A stretch of 59,626 nt of DNA, counting the filler, from Jimgerdemannia flammicorona (Eukaryota), in assembly GCA_003990765.1 (NCBI GenBank). It is 3 parts of 3 records of this genome, joined end to end, with 100 filler letters (N's around TTAATTAATTAA, not from the genome) between each part and the next. Parts side by side here need not be neighbours in the genome. Positions count along the whole stretch, not along the records: positions 1 to 19,812 come from RBNJ01001846.1; 2 more parts are not named here. One strand, 5' to 3'. Below, piece after piece: positions 1-12,702 of the stretch. Below the pieces are notes generated by a model. The model was given only the letters and a program-made list of their open reading frames with translations. It searched no databases and had not been told where the DNA came from. The position numbers were made by a program, and so were the translations under genes. Every line of letters begins with the position of its first letter. Position 1 is the first letter of the stretch.

Positions 1-978
1 AAAAAAAAAGGAGCAAGCTGCCAAAGTCCAGAACCATGCAAATGGACATGTTCGAACACATGTTGAGCGGGTTTGTTCATCCAAGCGACGTTCCAACTTC
101 CAGACTGGAAGCACAATGCCACCCTTTTTACGAAGGAGGGTTAAACAATAAACAAAGATACCGGATATCAGTATTAGTATCCGACGTCATTGCATGGCCC
201 GATAAATAAAGCCAGCCGTCTTTCCTTTACCGTGCAAGGAAATATATAGGGGTCCAGCATTGCGTGTCGCATTTTACGTTCAATGTTCTCGTAGCCTCCG
301 GCGGGTTTCAACACATGAACGTGTGAGCAACTCACACGCAAATTGCTTACGTCACCAATCCGTTTGGCAATATTAAAAAAAAATTATTTTTTTTAACCTT
401 ATATAAAAAATTATCAAAAATATATATAAAAAAAAAAAAAAATAGCATGCAAATTTGCATATGACAACGATCTAAGGTATATGTATATATTATCAATAAA
501 ACTGCCGCTCCTTTTTGTCATTACGATCTCAACACATTTCAACGTCATTTTTCTATCCCCATCACACAAAAATAACCCCACCGCCACGGTAGCTTTCACC
601 GAAAGCCAGGGAACCAGAAGTCGAGATTCACGTATATACGTGTTTCATGCAACTAATATTGGGTGTGTACGAGGATGGGATAAATCGATTGGAACCGGGT
701 GCGTGATTGCCCTGCAGCGTCGGATCTAGGCATCGTTTTACATATTTACGATTTTTTTTTTTCTCAATTACGTGCTTTGCTCAGTTGAGCCGTAAGAATT
801 GGTTGGTTTCGCAATCATGTGTGGCTCGGCCTAAATGCTGGAAATAACATACACCCGCGAGCAAAACTCGGACACAGGCCATTTTATACCGCGAGCGCGG
901 CAAATACGGTGAAGGAGTAGAATAATGAAGCGATCTTAACATCAACTCCTTTTCGTTCTACCGTGCCATCATTACAAA

Positions 979-3469
979 TTACTTGCTCCCCTCCCCAAAC
1001 AGTTTGACCAACTCCTTCTTGTTCACCTTCCCCATCACGTTCCGGGGCAGTTGCCCATCGACGATCTTCATCATGGTGGGGATTTTGTAGTGCGCCATGC
1101 GTGGCTTGAAGTAGTCGCGGAGCGTGGGGAGGTCGAGCGGCTGGCTCAAACGGTTTTCGGGCACATGCGAGTGAGGGATGCGGTCAGGCTGGTCCCTGTT
1201 GCTGAACCGCGCCAACGGAAATACTGGCCCCGGAAAAAAGACAAACTACTTCAACTCACCTTCCCTTCCTCCACGACCAACACAGCTGCGACCCTCTGTC
1301 CCCACTCTGGATCGTCCACGGCCACGACTGCCACGTCGCGCACGTCTGGGTGCGCAAGCATCTCGCGCTCAATCTCAAGGGCCGAGAGCTTGTAGCCGCC
1401 GGACTGCATCGTGACCGGGGGATAGGGTCGAGTTACTCACTTTTATAGTTGAAGCTTAATGACGCAAACCGCGTGGGCAACAAACATGCATAAACCCCCG
1501 TGGTCGCATCTGTACCGAAACTCGGCACTTTTGATATATAGGCGGGATCCTTCCTCACACAAATACGATTTACCTTTATGATATCCACGCTCTTGCGTCC
1601 CATAATGGCAAAGTGTCCCTCTGGCGGTTTGCGCACGCCTATGTCGCCGGTCTTGAACCTGATGAGCGCATGGAGAATGTGAATCATGCGATCGGCAAAC
1701 GGTCCCCCGCGCGAATGATGGCTCTTTAGCATTGCCAGGCCGAATATAAAAAAATGAAAATAAAAAAATGCACAAAACAAGTGCGATCGTGCCAGCGTAT
1801 ATACGTGCGGCCGAGCGAATACCCACCAACCGTCCTCCGTGAATTCCTTGCGCGTTGCCTCGGGTCGGTTCCAGTACCTTGACGAGGTTGTGTTGGCACG
1901 TGTAGAGGTGGTAAACAATGCAGAAGGGAGACATAATGCTATCCTCGCATACACACGGCAGACACAAAACCTTCAACTTACTCCTTGAACACACTAGGCC
2001 CCTTCACTTGAATCTCCCCGGGGACCTCCATCTCCTCCGTCACATCTCTCGCCGTATCTGGGGCGTCGTCCTCGGCCATCAGGCGCACTTGTACGCCAGG
2101 GAGCGGGAGGCCAACGGTACCCTGGGAATAATGGGAATAGTGATGCGGGTGTGTTTTTGGTGTTGGGGGGTGGGTGGGAATGGATGGGATGGCGAGGAAT
2201 AGTGCAGCGATGCGAGGTCGGGCAGTGTTGCCGATTCCCGTGCTCCCTTCCCCCCAACCCCAAAACCTAACCCACCTCGATCCTTTCCTCAACCTCATAC
2301 CCACCGCTCAGCGCCATCCCAATCTCCGTCATGCCGTACCGCTCGAGCAGGACCTGCCCGCCCGAGACGTTCTGCCAGGCGCGCCGAAGAGGGGTCGGCA
2401 GGGCGGCGGAGCCAGAGACAGTGAGGCGGTGCTGGGCGCAGGCGGCCGTGGCGAGCCGCTGGCGGTCCGGGGGGAGGGAGGAGTGGTGGTGGATCAGCTT
2501 GGCTGAGGGGAAAAAGGTGTTGGGCGATTGCAAAATGCAAGAGAGTGGTAAGACTCGTGCGATCGATCGGATGGCATTTGCCATCCCCATTCTACCAAAG
2601 ATACATTTCCGGAACTCACAGTAGATGGTGGGCACCGCCATGAACACGGATATCTTCTCCTCCTCTCCCTTTGATCCCCTAATCCATCTCTCCCAGACTT
2701 CTCCCGCGTCGAAGTGCGTCATTTCGACCGTAGCTCCCGCCCACAGAGGGCACTGAAGGGCGTTCACGACGCCGTGGACATGGTGTAGTGGCAGCACGTG
2801 GAGGATCCTGTCGGTTTCTGTCCATTGCCACGCGCGAACAAGGGTCTCTGTCTGGGCGGCGATGGCAGCGTGGGTGGTGACAACGCCCTTGGGGGACCCC
2901 GTCGTGCCACTGGTGTAGATGATGAGGGCGCGACGGTGCGAGGAAAGGGCGACGGGCGGATGAATTGGCGGTAGGGGTGGGTTGGACGCACCAAGGACGA
3001 TAGTGGAGTCCGGGAGGGTAAGGGAGGGGATCTTGGCAGCGCTGGAAACGTCACGAATGATGGATTCATAATCCGGGTGAGCGAGGACTCGCGAGGACTG
3101 GGAGTCAGTGAGGGTATAGAGGAGTTCGGGGGGGGGGTGGGAGGTGCACAAGGGCACTGCGATGCCGCCGGCGGCCCAGACGGCCCACTGAGCAACGACA
3201 TAGGAGTAGCCGTTGGGGAAGAGGAATGCTATGCGGGCTTCATTGAGGTCGTCCTTCCCGTCCAGGAGGGTCAACCTCAGGCGCGCCACGTCGGCGACCA
3301 GGTCCTGGTACGAGTGCTGGTTGCCGGTCCTCCGGTCGACCACGGCGGGCTTCGAGTTGAGCTGCACCTTTGCGTGGTGGCTCGCCAGGTTGAAGAGTAG
3401 CAGTGACGGCAGGGCGGGCGAGGCCTCGCAGAGGGCAAAGTGACGAAGCAGGTGGCGGGTGGGCAACAT
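979..3469 (-). CDS. Acyl-CoA synthetase, ACSF3/malonyl-CoA synthetase-like (multi-exon, probable mitochondrial presequence)
   Basis: AMP-binding motifs IIYTSGTTGSPKG, LPLHHVHG, ERYGMTEIGMAL, FKTGD, LPRNVMGKVNKK spread over GT-AG exons; Arg/Leu-rich N-terminus. Confidence 0.9.
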
Positions 3470-3766
3470 GATGTTTCAGGACCACTCTCGATCCACCCAA
3501 AAAGTTAAAAAAAAAACTATCCGCTAGCAAGCATCGAAAATCCAGTCCTGCGCATCAAATATAAATTTGCCGAGTCAGGCTTCTCCCTACCAACCTGTGC
3601 ACGAAACCCTTCGCGCCACCCCCACCCGTCCTTCATGCAGGTTCAACGAAGAGCTCCCTCCATAATGCGCACGCTCGGAGGAATCCCCTTTATTTTTTTT
3701 CTTTCTTTTCTTTCTTTTTCTTAAAGAATATTACTTCATTTTAATTATCTAATTCGAAACCGAGTC

Positions 3767-3839
3767 GGGGATCTAGCTCAAATGGTAGAGCGATCGCTTA
3801 GCATGCGATAGGCACTGGGATCGATGCCCAGGTTCTCCA
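3767..3839 (+). tRNA. tRNA-Ala(AGC)
   Basis: Cloverleaf GGGGATC/GTTCTCC acceptor stem with G3:U70 alanine determinant, D arm GCTC/GAGC, anticodon stem ATCGC/GCGAT around TT-AGC-AT, T arm CTGGG/CCCAG; T6 Pol III terminator just downstream. Confidence 0.97.
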
Positions 3840-4698
3840 CACTTTTTTGCACATTTAATAGCTCTAACTCAGACTTCATTCCAATTCGCCTTTTTACAAA
3901 GTTGGGGTGCGCATTCTCGCAATGCAGGAAGAACATAACGACCTTCAGTTGTTCCGCCGCCGAAATTAAAATAGAAATTCACACGCTCTTCCTCAACAGC
4001 ACCTTTTGCGAGGAAAGTGTCCGCGCCACGAGCCATTAAAGCGGGCGCTCGACGATGGCTAGGCCAAAGATGTTATTCTGGGGATTCCCAAGCCGCGTGA
4101 CAGGGACGGACCATCCCCCAAAGATGGCTCATTTTGCATAGCACATTGCAAATGAACAGTTGCCCACAAGCTGGGGGGGCCCCAAACAAGGAGATCGCCA
4201 GGACAATGACTTTGGTCGAGTTCGGCTAGGCCCTATTGGCGACGACCTGATGGTCATTATAGTGGTAGTGCAAAAGATTGTACCAAGGAGCACGTTTTTT
4301 CTGTTTTCCTGATTCGCGAACGGGAAATAACAATTGCCAACAGCAGCTCGGTGAATTATGTAATATTGATGTGATTGATATTCCCAATGCAAATGCGACC
4401 CTCAGTCTATTTGAAATAATTGACTACTTTGTACAAATGTGCTTAAGGTGATGGATAATTGCCATACACATGTATGACGTTATGTAGTAAAAAGAAGAAG
4501 AAAAAAGCAATTAAATACTCCATTGTGTGCATGATAATTATTATTGCGTAGCTCCGGGAGTAAAAGACGCATCAGCATTATCAATGTTCTCCAAATCGAT
4601 CTCTTGGTCTCCCATTTTGGTCCAGCTATGTGAAGGAATTCGGGCTCAGCAAGGGTCATACGGAACGAACACGTATATACGAGAAAAAGCACTGGCAC

Positions 4699-6797
4699 TT
4701 ACGTGTGACGCTTGGAGCCGGATATGTCGAACTGGTCCATGGGGATGCTGCGGGCTGGCGTCTTTGTGGTGGAGCGAGTGCTGCGGCTGTTCGCTGGGGA
4801 GCTTCCCGAGATAAGCTTGGTCTGGCCCAGTACCACGATCAGGATGATCGAGGAAACGATGTTGGTGAAGTCGCCCGCTACCCTCGCGATCCAGAAATTT
4901 CTCACCGTCGTCGTCGCGTTAATTGCAATATAGTTAGCAATGAGCCAGAGAATTTGTGCAGTGCCCATCGTGATCATGAGAATAAGGATCTATGTAAAAG
5001 TCAAAGAATAATGGTCAATAGAGGAGGGAGATGGAAAATATATGGCCACAAAAAAGGTGTGTGGTATGCTTATTAACCTTGTTGGACATGGTTCGACTGG
5101 AGGTATTTGCTGATATTGTTCGACGAAGCGAGGTAACCAAGACAATACCAAAGATCAAAAATCCAACGGGAACAAGAGCCCACCCGATGTATTTGAGCTG
5201 TAGTGATTGTTTTCCCCAATAATAATAATAAAATAAAAAAATAAAATTAGTTAAATTTATCTTTTCTGTTTACAAATCGAATAGACGCAAAAGTGGAATG
5301 CAAGATGACGTACGATGTTGACAACGTTGAGCATTGGAGAGAACCACGCGGGCAAGCCACTAGCCGTGCCCACGATGGTGGTCAGGATGAATGCGAGAAC
5401 ATACAGGATTACAGTGATGATGCAAAGGAAGCGGTATGCGGTGGCGATTTTCGGAATGTGTTTGCCACCACCATCGAGGTTGAGTTTGGAGCAGACCTCC
5501 ACCCTGGAGAAGAAGAAGAAGAATATACAATTTGTAGCGCTTTTGTGAGTTACTCTGGATTATTGAACAACTCTTGACACATATAAACTGGAACTAGAGT
5601 TTTAAATACACTTACCAGGAGTAGAGAACATATACGTAGACAATTGCAATGAACGTATAAGCACTGAGCGTTAATATCGCAAAGCTTAGCCAAAACGGCA
5701 TGACATCCGCAAGGTCGGCGTAATTCTACAAAGGAAGGCCAATCGAGGTTTAGAAACCTTGGAGTTATAGAAGAAAGGTTTAGAATTCACGAATATACAT
5801 ACGACGGTCAATCGAATGAAAACACCTATTAATGGAATTCGAAAGGAACAGATATATAAGTAAAGCCGTTTTAACTAGGTATCAATGGAACGATTTAATA
5901 GTCACAAAACTCACCAGCGAAGCAGTAGAATATTCCAAAGTAAATCCATAATCGTTGCTGGCTGGGCAGCCAACCCTGGGTGCCGATAAAAAGCTTGGCT
6001 ACCAGCACGATACACAAAATAATCATCAGGCCGTATATCACCGAGAGCGCGATGATATATGCGTAGAGTGCCGTAGAGTATCGCAGAGCAAACCAAGGCC
6101 CTGGATCTGGTAAGAGTAGATAATGGTATCATGAGTGTTCAAGTCATTCGATTTAATTGAGGTAATTTTCGCAATGATCGCACTACTTACTCGACGTGAT
6201 CGTAACATGGTTGATTGTCTGCAACCTCCCCATCATTCCGAAGAAGTCCACCGCAGTAACGAGTGTTACTCCGGGAATTGACATATCGAGGGTAGTGGTA
6301 GCTCCGAGGACATACTCCTTGTAACCGGGCTCTGTTATAAAGCATGATCCGGTTGGTGAGTGAGATCAAACGCTTGCTTGAGGCAAAAAAAAGGGACATA
6401 TTTGGCAAATGTGCGTATATTTACCTCCACCGTTCGTTGACATGAATACCACGACCCCAGGAAGATTTGGTCCAGGAACCATAAACGCGTTGGCCGCAAT
6501 CACAACCGAGTCCACCCCGCATCCGGCTGCCATCAGAGCCGAAATGGGAACGAGAAGCACCGTATAGTTGGTAGGTTGCTTCAGTTTGCAAGCTCCGGCG
6601 GTGGCGGGATCCTGGAAAGTTGCGACACCGATGGATCCCGTCAGCGTATAGTTGTTGGAAACGTAGAGCGGATCTGTATTCTGGATTGTTCCAATGACAG
6701 CATTGCTAGCGCTATAAAGTGTGATGGTGGCGAAGGCATTGGAAATCAACGCTAGCAGAAGAAGGAAAGGTGTGAGGCGACGAGATAATTTGGGCAT
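4699..6797 (-). CDS. Signal peptide + PA-like ectodomain + seven-transmembrane receptor-like protein (about 8 exons)
   Basis: Manual splicing gives MPKLSRRLTPFLLLLALISNAFA..., a Cys-containing ectodomain, NPGPW juxtamembrane motif, seven hydrophobic segments and a Ser/Thr-rich C-tail; one short exon near 5.8 kb is uncertain. Confidence 0.7.
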
Positions 6798-7637
6798 AGC
6801 AGCAAATACTCGCGTAGAGAAGGATTCGATGAGCTAGCAACCGAAGAAATCCCGACGTTTATTTACCCTCATCCTCATGATCTCAAGCAGCTCAAATCCA
6901 TCGTGTAAGAGGTTGGTTACACGATAGATTTCTATAAATTCTGATTTATTATTAGGAAGCTTTTCTTTTTTCCGTGTTTTAGAGCATCGCTGGGAAGAAC
7001 ATGGTTGTCTTCAGTTGAAATCTCGGCCTATAATTGGACCAGGATCATTTTCAGGACTCTGCTTGTCCCTGTGCAACTGATCTCGGATCTTCGCCAGTAC
7101 TAGGACATTGCGGGTGAAACGATCTGCACACATCCCGTTCGATATTTTGCGGTCAAATAATTGGGGATCCATTTTCCCATTTTGCCATAACGCGGGGACC
7201 TCCGGATGGCCTGAGACTTGCAATCGTGTGGTCAAGGGATTCTTAAGTCAGCTAGCGCCCGTCAATAGCGGTGAACTCGCCCGCGGCGCGGACATTTATC
7301 ATTTTAGCCAATTTGACAAGGCAGAAGAAAATTGAGTCAGTTCGAGAGGTGGCGCACCCAGGAATGAACTCTAATCAACGCCATACGAACGCACGCGGAC
7401 AAGGAAAACGTGTCAACAAGCCTAACACTTCTCGCAGGATGGCAGTACCTATTGAAAAAGTGTGGAGCGGTTGCTTCCGGAATTGTGCCTCCGATTGTGC
7501 CCGCACTCTTAAGTAACTACGACTCCGATACATGGCACAGACTTAGAAATCTTTTTTTTTTTTAATGATTGTCCATACCATACTCCGCGGATACATTGTT
7601 CCATTGAGACACAGACATTAGGAATCTCTCTCTCGTG

Positions 7638-7677
<40 letters not shown>

Positions 7678-8133
7678 GTGATAGCGGTTATCACAATTGA
7701 CAGAGAGATTGAAATTCTGGTTTACTACGCGGCGAAACATCCCGCGAGGTACAAATCTTGGAACCCTTTTTTAAAAAAATGCGATAATGGTTATCTCACA
7801 ATTAACAGATCAAGAGATTGATAATTCTGAGGGGATACATCCCGCAAGGCACAAACCTTGGAATCCCCTCCTTTTATTTTATTTTATTTTATTTTATTTT
7901 ATTTTTAAAAAAGGTGACAATGGTTGTCTACCAATTGAGATGATGTAATCTGAAATTCTGGGTTACATACTCCGTAGAGTTTGAAGTTATAAAATGGGCA
8001 ATGGATTTCGTGTGTTGCTCTCACTGACGTAAAAGTTATTTATTTATCGGAACAAATCATTAATTATCATTGTACAGAGGCTCGATCTATCTGAAGCGAA
8101 AAAAATCTAGAGTAGTACCATATTACTGGGCTA

Positions 8134-10707
8134 TTAGGAGCAATGGGTCGATCGGGGCTTGCCGGTGTTATGGAATTCGTTGGTCAGAAAGACGTTCGCG
8201 GGCAGACCGATAAGGCCCGTGTTTCTTTTGATGATGTTGGCGAACGTAGTAGACTTGATTGCCGCACGCTCACTTCTCAAGAAGTAGTATGGATTTTCGT
8301 AGAAAAATCGGTCACCATCGCCTAGATATTATGAAGTTAATGAAGACGAGAACGAATCAGCACATGTGTTCAAATGTGGCTTGATGCATGTGAGAGGAAT
8401 AGGGTGATTCCACTTACGCTTTCGGATAAATTCCTTGCGGATGATGCCGACAGTGGTGGGCGCGAGATACGCGCCTGTTGTAAATAAGACGAAAATAGAC
8501 GGTAAGCATGTTGAAGAGTTTTGTAGGATGTTCGTGTAATAAAGAAAATTTTGCCCAAACTTACCGCTCGGAACATCTTCAGCCATCAAACCAATCAAAC
8601 CATCGACTTGATTAACCTTGCGATACAGGCGTTTAAGCGCGCTAGCAATGGTCCTATTGGAGGTCAGGATAGCCCAGCAGGCATTCGAATCGACAGCGGC
8701 GGACTTGGGGCAGGCGGAATTCTTGTAGATATTGCCAGCCCCGTAGTAGGTACGGAGGGTGTTGTAGTTCGGCAGGCCGTTTTCCCTGCCACGGAAGATG
8801 TCGGTGGAGAGCAAGTCGGCTACGCCAACGATGTTGCGGAGTGTGTTGGCGACGATGGAATCAAACTTGGCGGACCTCTGCCTAATGAAGGAGCTGAGCA
8901 TGTTGTCGAAACCGTCGCCGTGGCGGCCGCCCATGAGGGCGATGATGCGCGCGGGCTCGTAGTCAAAAGCGGTGGTACCTTGAACTCCGTTCAGCCTAAA
9001 TATCTGGCCCTGGAAGAATAGACGGGTGCCGCTGAAGGTGATGCCAAGGAAGGCGAAGAGGTTGGTGTTGTCGTACATCTGGAGCTTAGAGTCGCCGTTG
9101 GTGCTGCATCCATCGTAGATGTCAAAGTCCCGTGCGACGGAATGGCCGTAACGGAAAGCCCCTGTCGCAAAGGCCGTCGAAGTTCTCGGGTCAATATCAC
9201 TCTTATAGCCGGAGTATTTCGGCAGTTTTCCACCAAGGATGGAGGGGATGAATTCCTCGTATATCACTTTCTGGTACTCAGCGATGGTGTAGCGCCTAGC
9301 CAATTGGAAAATCTGCTCATCAGATGCATGAGGCCAGATGGCTTTATAACGGTTGGCTTGACGGTTATGTTCGCGAGCCCAGATGGTGTGCAAAACGGTC
9401 AGCGGGATATCCTCGGATGCCCTAGCATCGCCTGAGACCATTAAATACATCGGGTCCATGGGAGGTAGAGCGGCAATGTCCGAATCTACAATGTTGTTGG
9501 TGTCGGCCTGGCTGACGAGGGTTTTCTTGACGACAGTGGAGAAGTTTGCATAGGCGCCTCCGTCGGTGTTCCAGTTCCTCAGCCGGAGCTTCCCGCCTTT
9601 GTGAGTACGAAGAACATTAGCTTGGGTAACCTATATCATATTTATCGAGATTGAAGGTGAATGGATAAATTTCAGCCGATCTGTTATTATGCACAGCGCT
9701 CATCATTCTCGAATGACCACCACGTCGTCAGTATTCGGAGATCGAGCTTACGTTGTCAGAGTAGATGACGGACAAATCCAGCCATCCATTGTTTTTGTTG
9801 ATGACCTCGAATTGACCGTTCACCACGTCGCCCTGACTCTTGGCGCTCCTCTCAAAACAGTCGTTGTTAGGGTTGTAGAAATTGGTCACGTTGCTGCCGG
9901 GGGGTGAGCAGTGGAACAGCCAGTCGTTCGTTACGTTCGCGAAAGCCTCACGCGTTGCGGTAACTTTGTTGTTCTCCATATCGTGGTTGATGAATTGGCT
10001 TTGTAAAGTTGGTAATTTTTGGTTTGAGATGAGATATTTCAGTATATACGTTCGAGTAAATCAATCGCTGGTTATGGCGAAAAGGCACTCACCCGAAGTA
10101 AACACCCATCAAGGAAACGGGCAAGTCCGACAGAACTTCGTCGCCGAAAGAGGACCCGACGCCATTTGGAGGTTGGCCATTTGCAGCGACGGCATTTGAG
10201 ATGACGCGTGAATCGACGGTTTGCCAGTGGCCGGAACTGGTGCCGCGAGCGTACTGAGCGCCCTCAGGACCACGGGAGTAATAGTTACCTATTTCAAATT
10301 TATTGGGCTCAAATAGTGAGTGGCTATTTTCTACCATCACGGCGGAGGAAAGTTTGAAGTATTTACCTGCTTTACCCCACGTGGGTACCTGCAAATTGTT
10401 GCACGATCCATCAATGGTACGAATGAAAAGGGTATCGAAACCGCAGTTCTTTTTGAGTTTGGAGTCCGTGCTACTACTCCTACTATTATTAATACTACTA
10501 CTAGAGGTATAGGTATTGATATCGGTATTGTTTGGTAAGCCTGTCGTCGTGATATTTTGAGCTAGAACACGGCCAAAAAAGTTCAGACATCAGTTAGATC
10601 ACAAATCGTCCTTCAGAAAGTCAGGTTGCTTTGTCGGTGGTGTTACCTTGGACAAGCTGGGCGAGCATAGCGCTCGCCAAGACAGTAAGCAGTGCTTTAC
10701 AAGTCAT
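8134..10707 (-). CDS. Secreted heme peroxidase of the peroxidase-cyclooxygenase (animal-type/peroxinectin-like) superfamily
   Basis: Signal peptide MTCKALLTVLASAMLAQLVQ, RTIDGSCNNL, FGQFINHD (distal His), GWLDLSVIY, GDARASE, REHNRQA, AFRYGHS (proximal His), DIFRGRENGLPNYN, GDRFFYEN; GT-AG introns. Confidence 0.92.
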
Positions 10708-12272
10708 GGCTATAAGCTTGGGGGGGGGTGGGGGTGGGGGGTGAGGAGGAAATTAGGCGGTGAAAAGTAGAGGACTTTTGTAGAAGGGTAAGCTATATGG
10801 CTAATGATTTGTAGAAATTCACCATTCCAATTTATATGCGTGTCGGTGTACAAAGTTTATTTTGGTTCAGGCTGGGACTGTGTGTGGAACACGGACACAC
10901 GGACTCCGCTTGTCAGTGTCAAAAGCTCATGCGCCGAATCTTTGCGAGCTACAAACTCCGTAATATTGAACTGGCAACTGAGAATATTTCTGCTATTCTG
11001 CTGGTTTCTATTTGAGATCAGCGAGCTTGTTTGATGGAAGACTTTTTTTTTTTTAACCAATTTACTGGTATGGCAACATCATCGCTTTATTCTCCGTTAT
11101 TTTTCACCAAAGTCGCCTTGCCCGATCAAAAGGACTTTTGGCAGACATGCTGTTCTATGATTTCTTGGCGCGTTTCGGTGACGTTTAAGTGTAACGCCTT
11201 TTGTCTATTGCGACATTCTAGTCTGCATTAATGCTACCGTGGCCCCATTATCTGGATAGGATGTTCCAGGCTTGGTTTTCTGTCGCAACGTGTCAGTTTA
11301 TACGGTTTGGATTATTACCATTATTATAGAATTCATGAACTGTAAGGGTTCCGCTGGCCAATCGCAGCTCGAAGCCACCCCAATGTAGGAAGGCCGAACT
11401 TGACATGCACGTGTGGCATCCTTGTTCCCGCCAGATTTAGATCCAATGCTCTTGCCTTTTTTCCTGGATCCGATTCGCCCGATTGCAAAGTGCCCGAATT
11501 GCTGACCATGAAATTTGTGGCGGCCGCACAAGGCTTTTGCGGAAGCTGTGGAAGGGTCGCCGGAGATAATTCCCGAAATATACCCGGCTGCCCTTTGCAT
11601 CAAATTGCATCAAGCAGGGAGAGAGAGGACCCGTATACCCTGAACCAGAACGCGACGTTGACATATAACAGTTTGGCAATATTATCAAAAGCACGATTGC
11701 GACGTTGAAAATCCACCTTCCCAATCAATAGCTGAAGCTTTGCAGTCCAATGCACCGAGTAACTGGAGAGAGAGAAGTGTAGCAAATTAGTACTCTAGGC
11801 ACGTTTCTGCCATATATATATATTAATGACGTTGGAAAAATTAACGCCACAGCTGACATTGAAATTCCTGTGAACGACCTGGGTTCTTGGGCTCGTGGGT
11901 GGAAGCCATTATCAATAAACTCAATAGAGTTACGGAAAGTCAAGAAATGCATCAATTACCACCGAAGATTCTTGCGAGTTTCAATCAGTGTTTGGGTTGT
12001 TTTGTGAGAAAGCGATGCGTGGTCAAACATAATGTATCTGTGTGTGCTATAAAGTTTGAATGGCAAAGTGTACGAAAATCATACTATACGTAACTCCACC
12101 CGTAACTCTTGTCTGACGGATGATTGTATATTCCGCCTGACTGGGGTGGAGGGAAAATATTTTTCTTTTTCTTTTCTTTTCCTTTTTATTTTATTTTATT
12201 TTATTTTATTTTACGACACAATAGTAAAATACGACGAAGGCTATATTACCTCTATTTACATTCGACGTAACG

Positions 12273-12319
<47 letters not shown>

Positions 12320-12702
12320 GAAATAAATAAATAAAACTCGATCGTCCACAAACAACCCGGAATTCATTCTCAAATATTATGCAAAAAACGAATATAAATT
12401 CACCGCTGAAAGCATTAATGTATACACGGGTCCTATGTTGCTATTTACACGGACCCACCCATGCATGTACACTGCAATCTCTAGCGCATGGAAATCGTTA
12501 ATGCAAAATATTTAAAGAAAAAATGATGCTACAATGATCAACTAAAACGATACACACACGTGGAAAGATAAAGATCGAGAAAGAGTATAAACAAAGGACA
12601 AGGACGCGCCAAATGTACACTGAAAAATGAACTCAGCCTTTAACCCCCCCCCCCCAGAAATGATATTCGTACGTCCAACAATACCCAAAAATAGATTCAC
12701 TT

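Noticed and set aside
10804..12100. Short overlapping ORFs between the peroxidase and IDE genes
   Set aside because: No recognisable motifs or consistent exon structure
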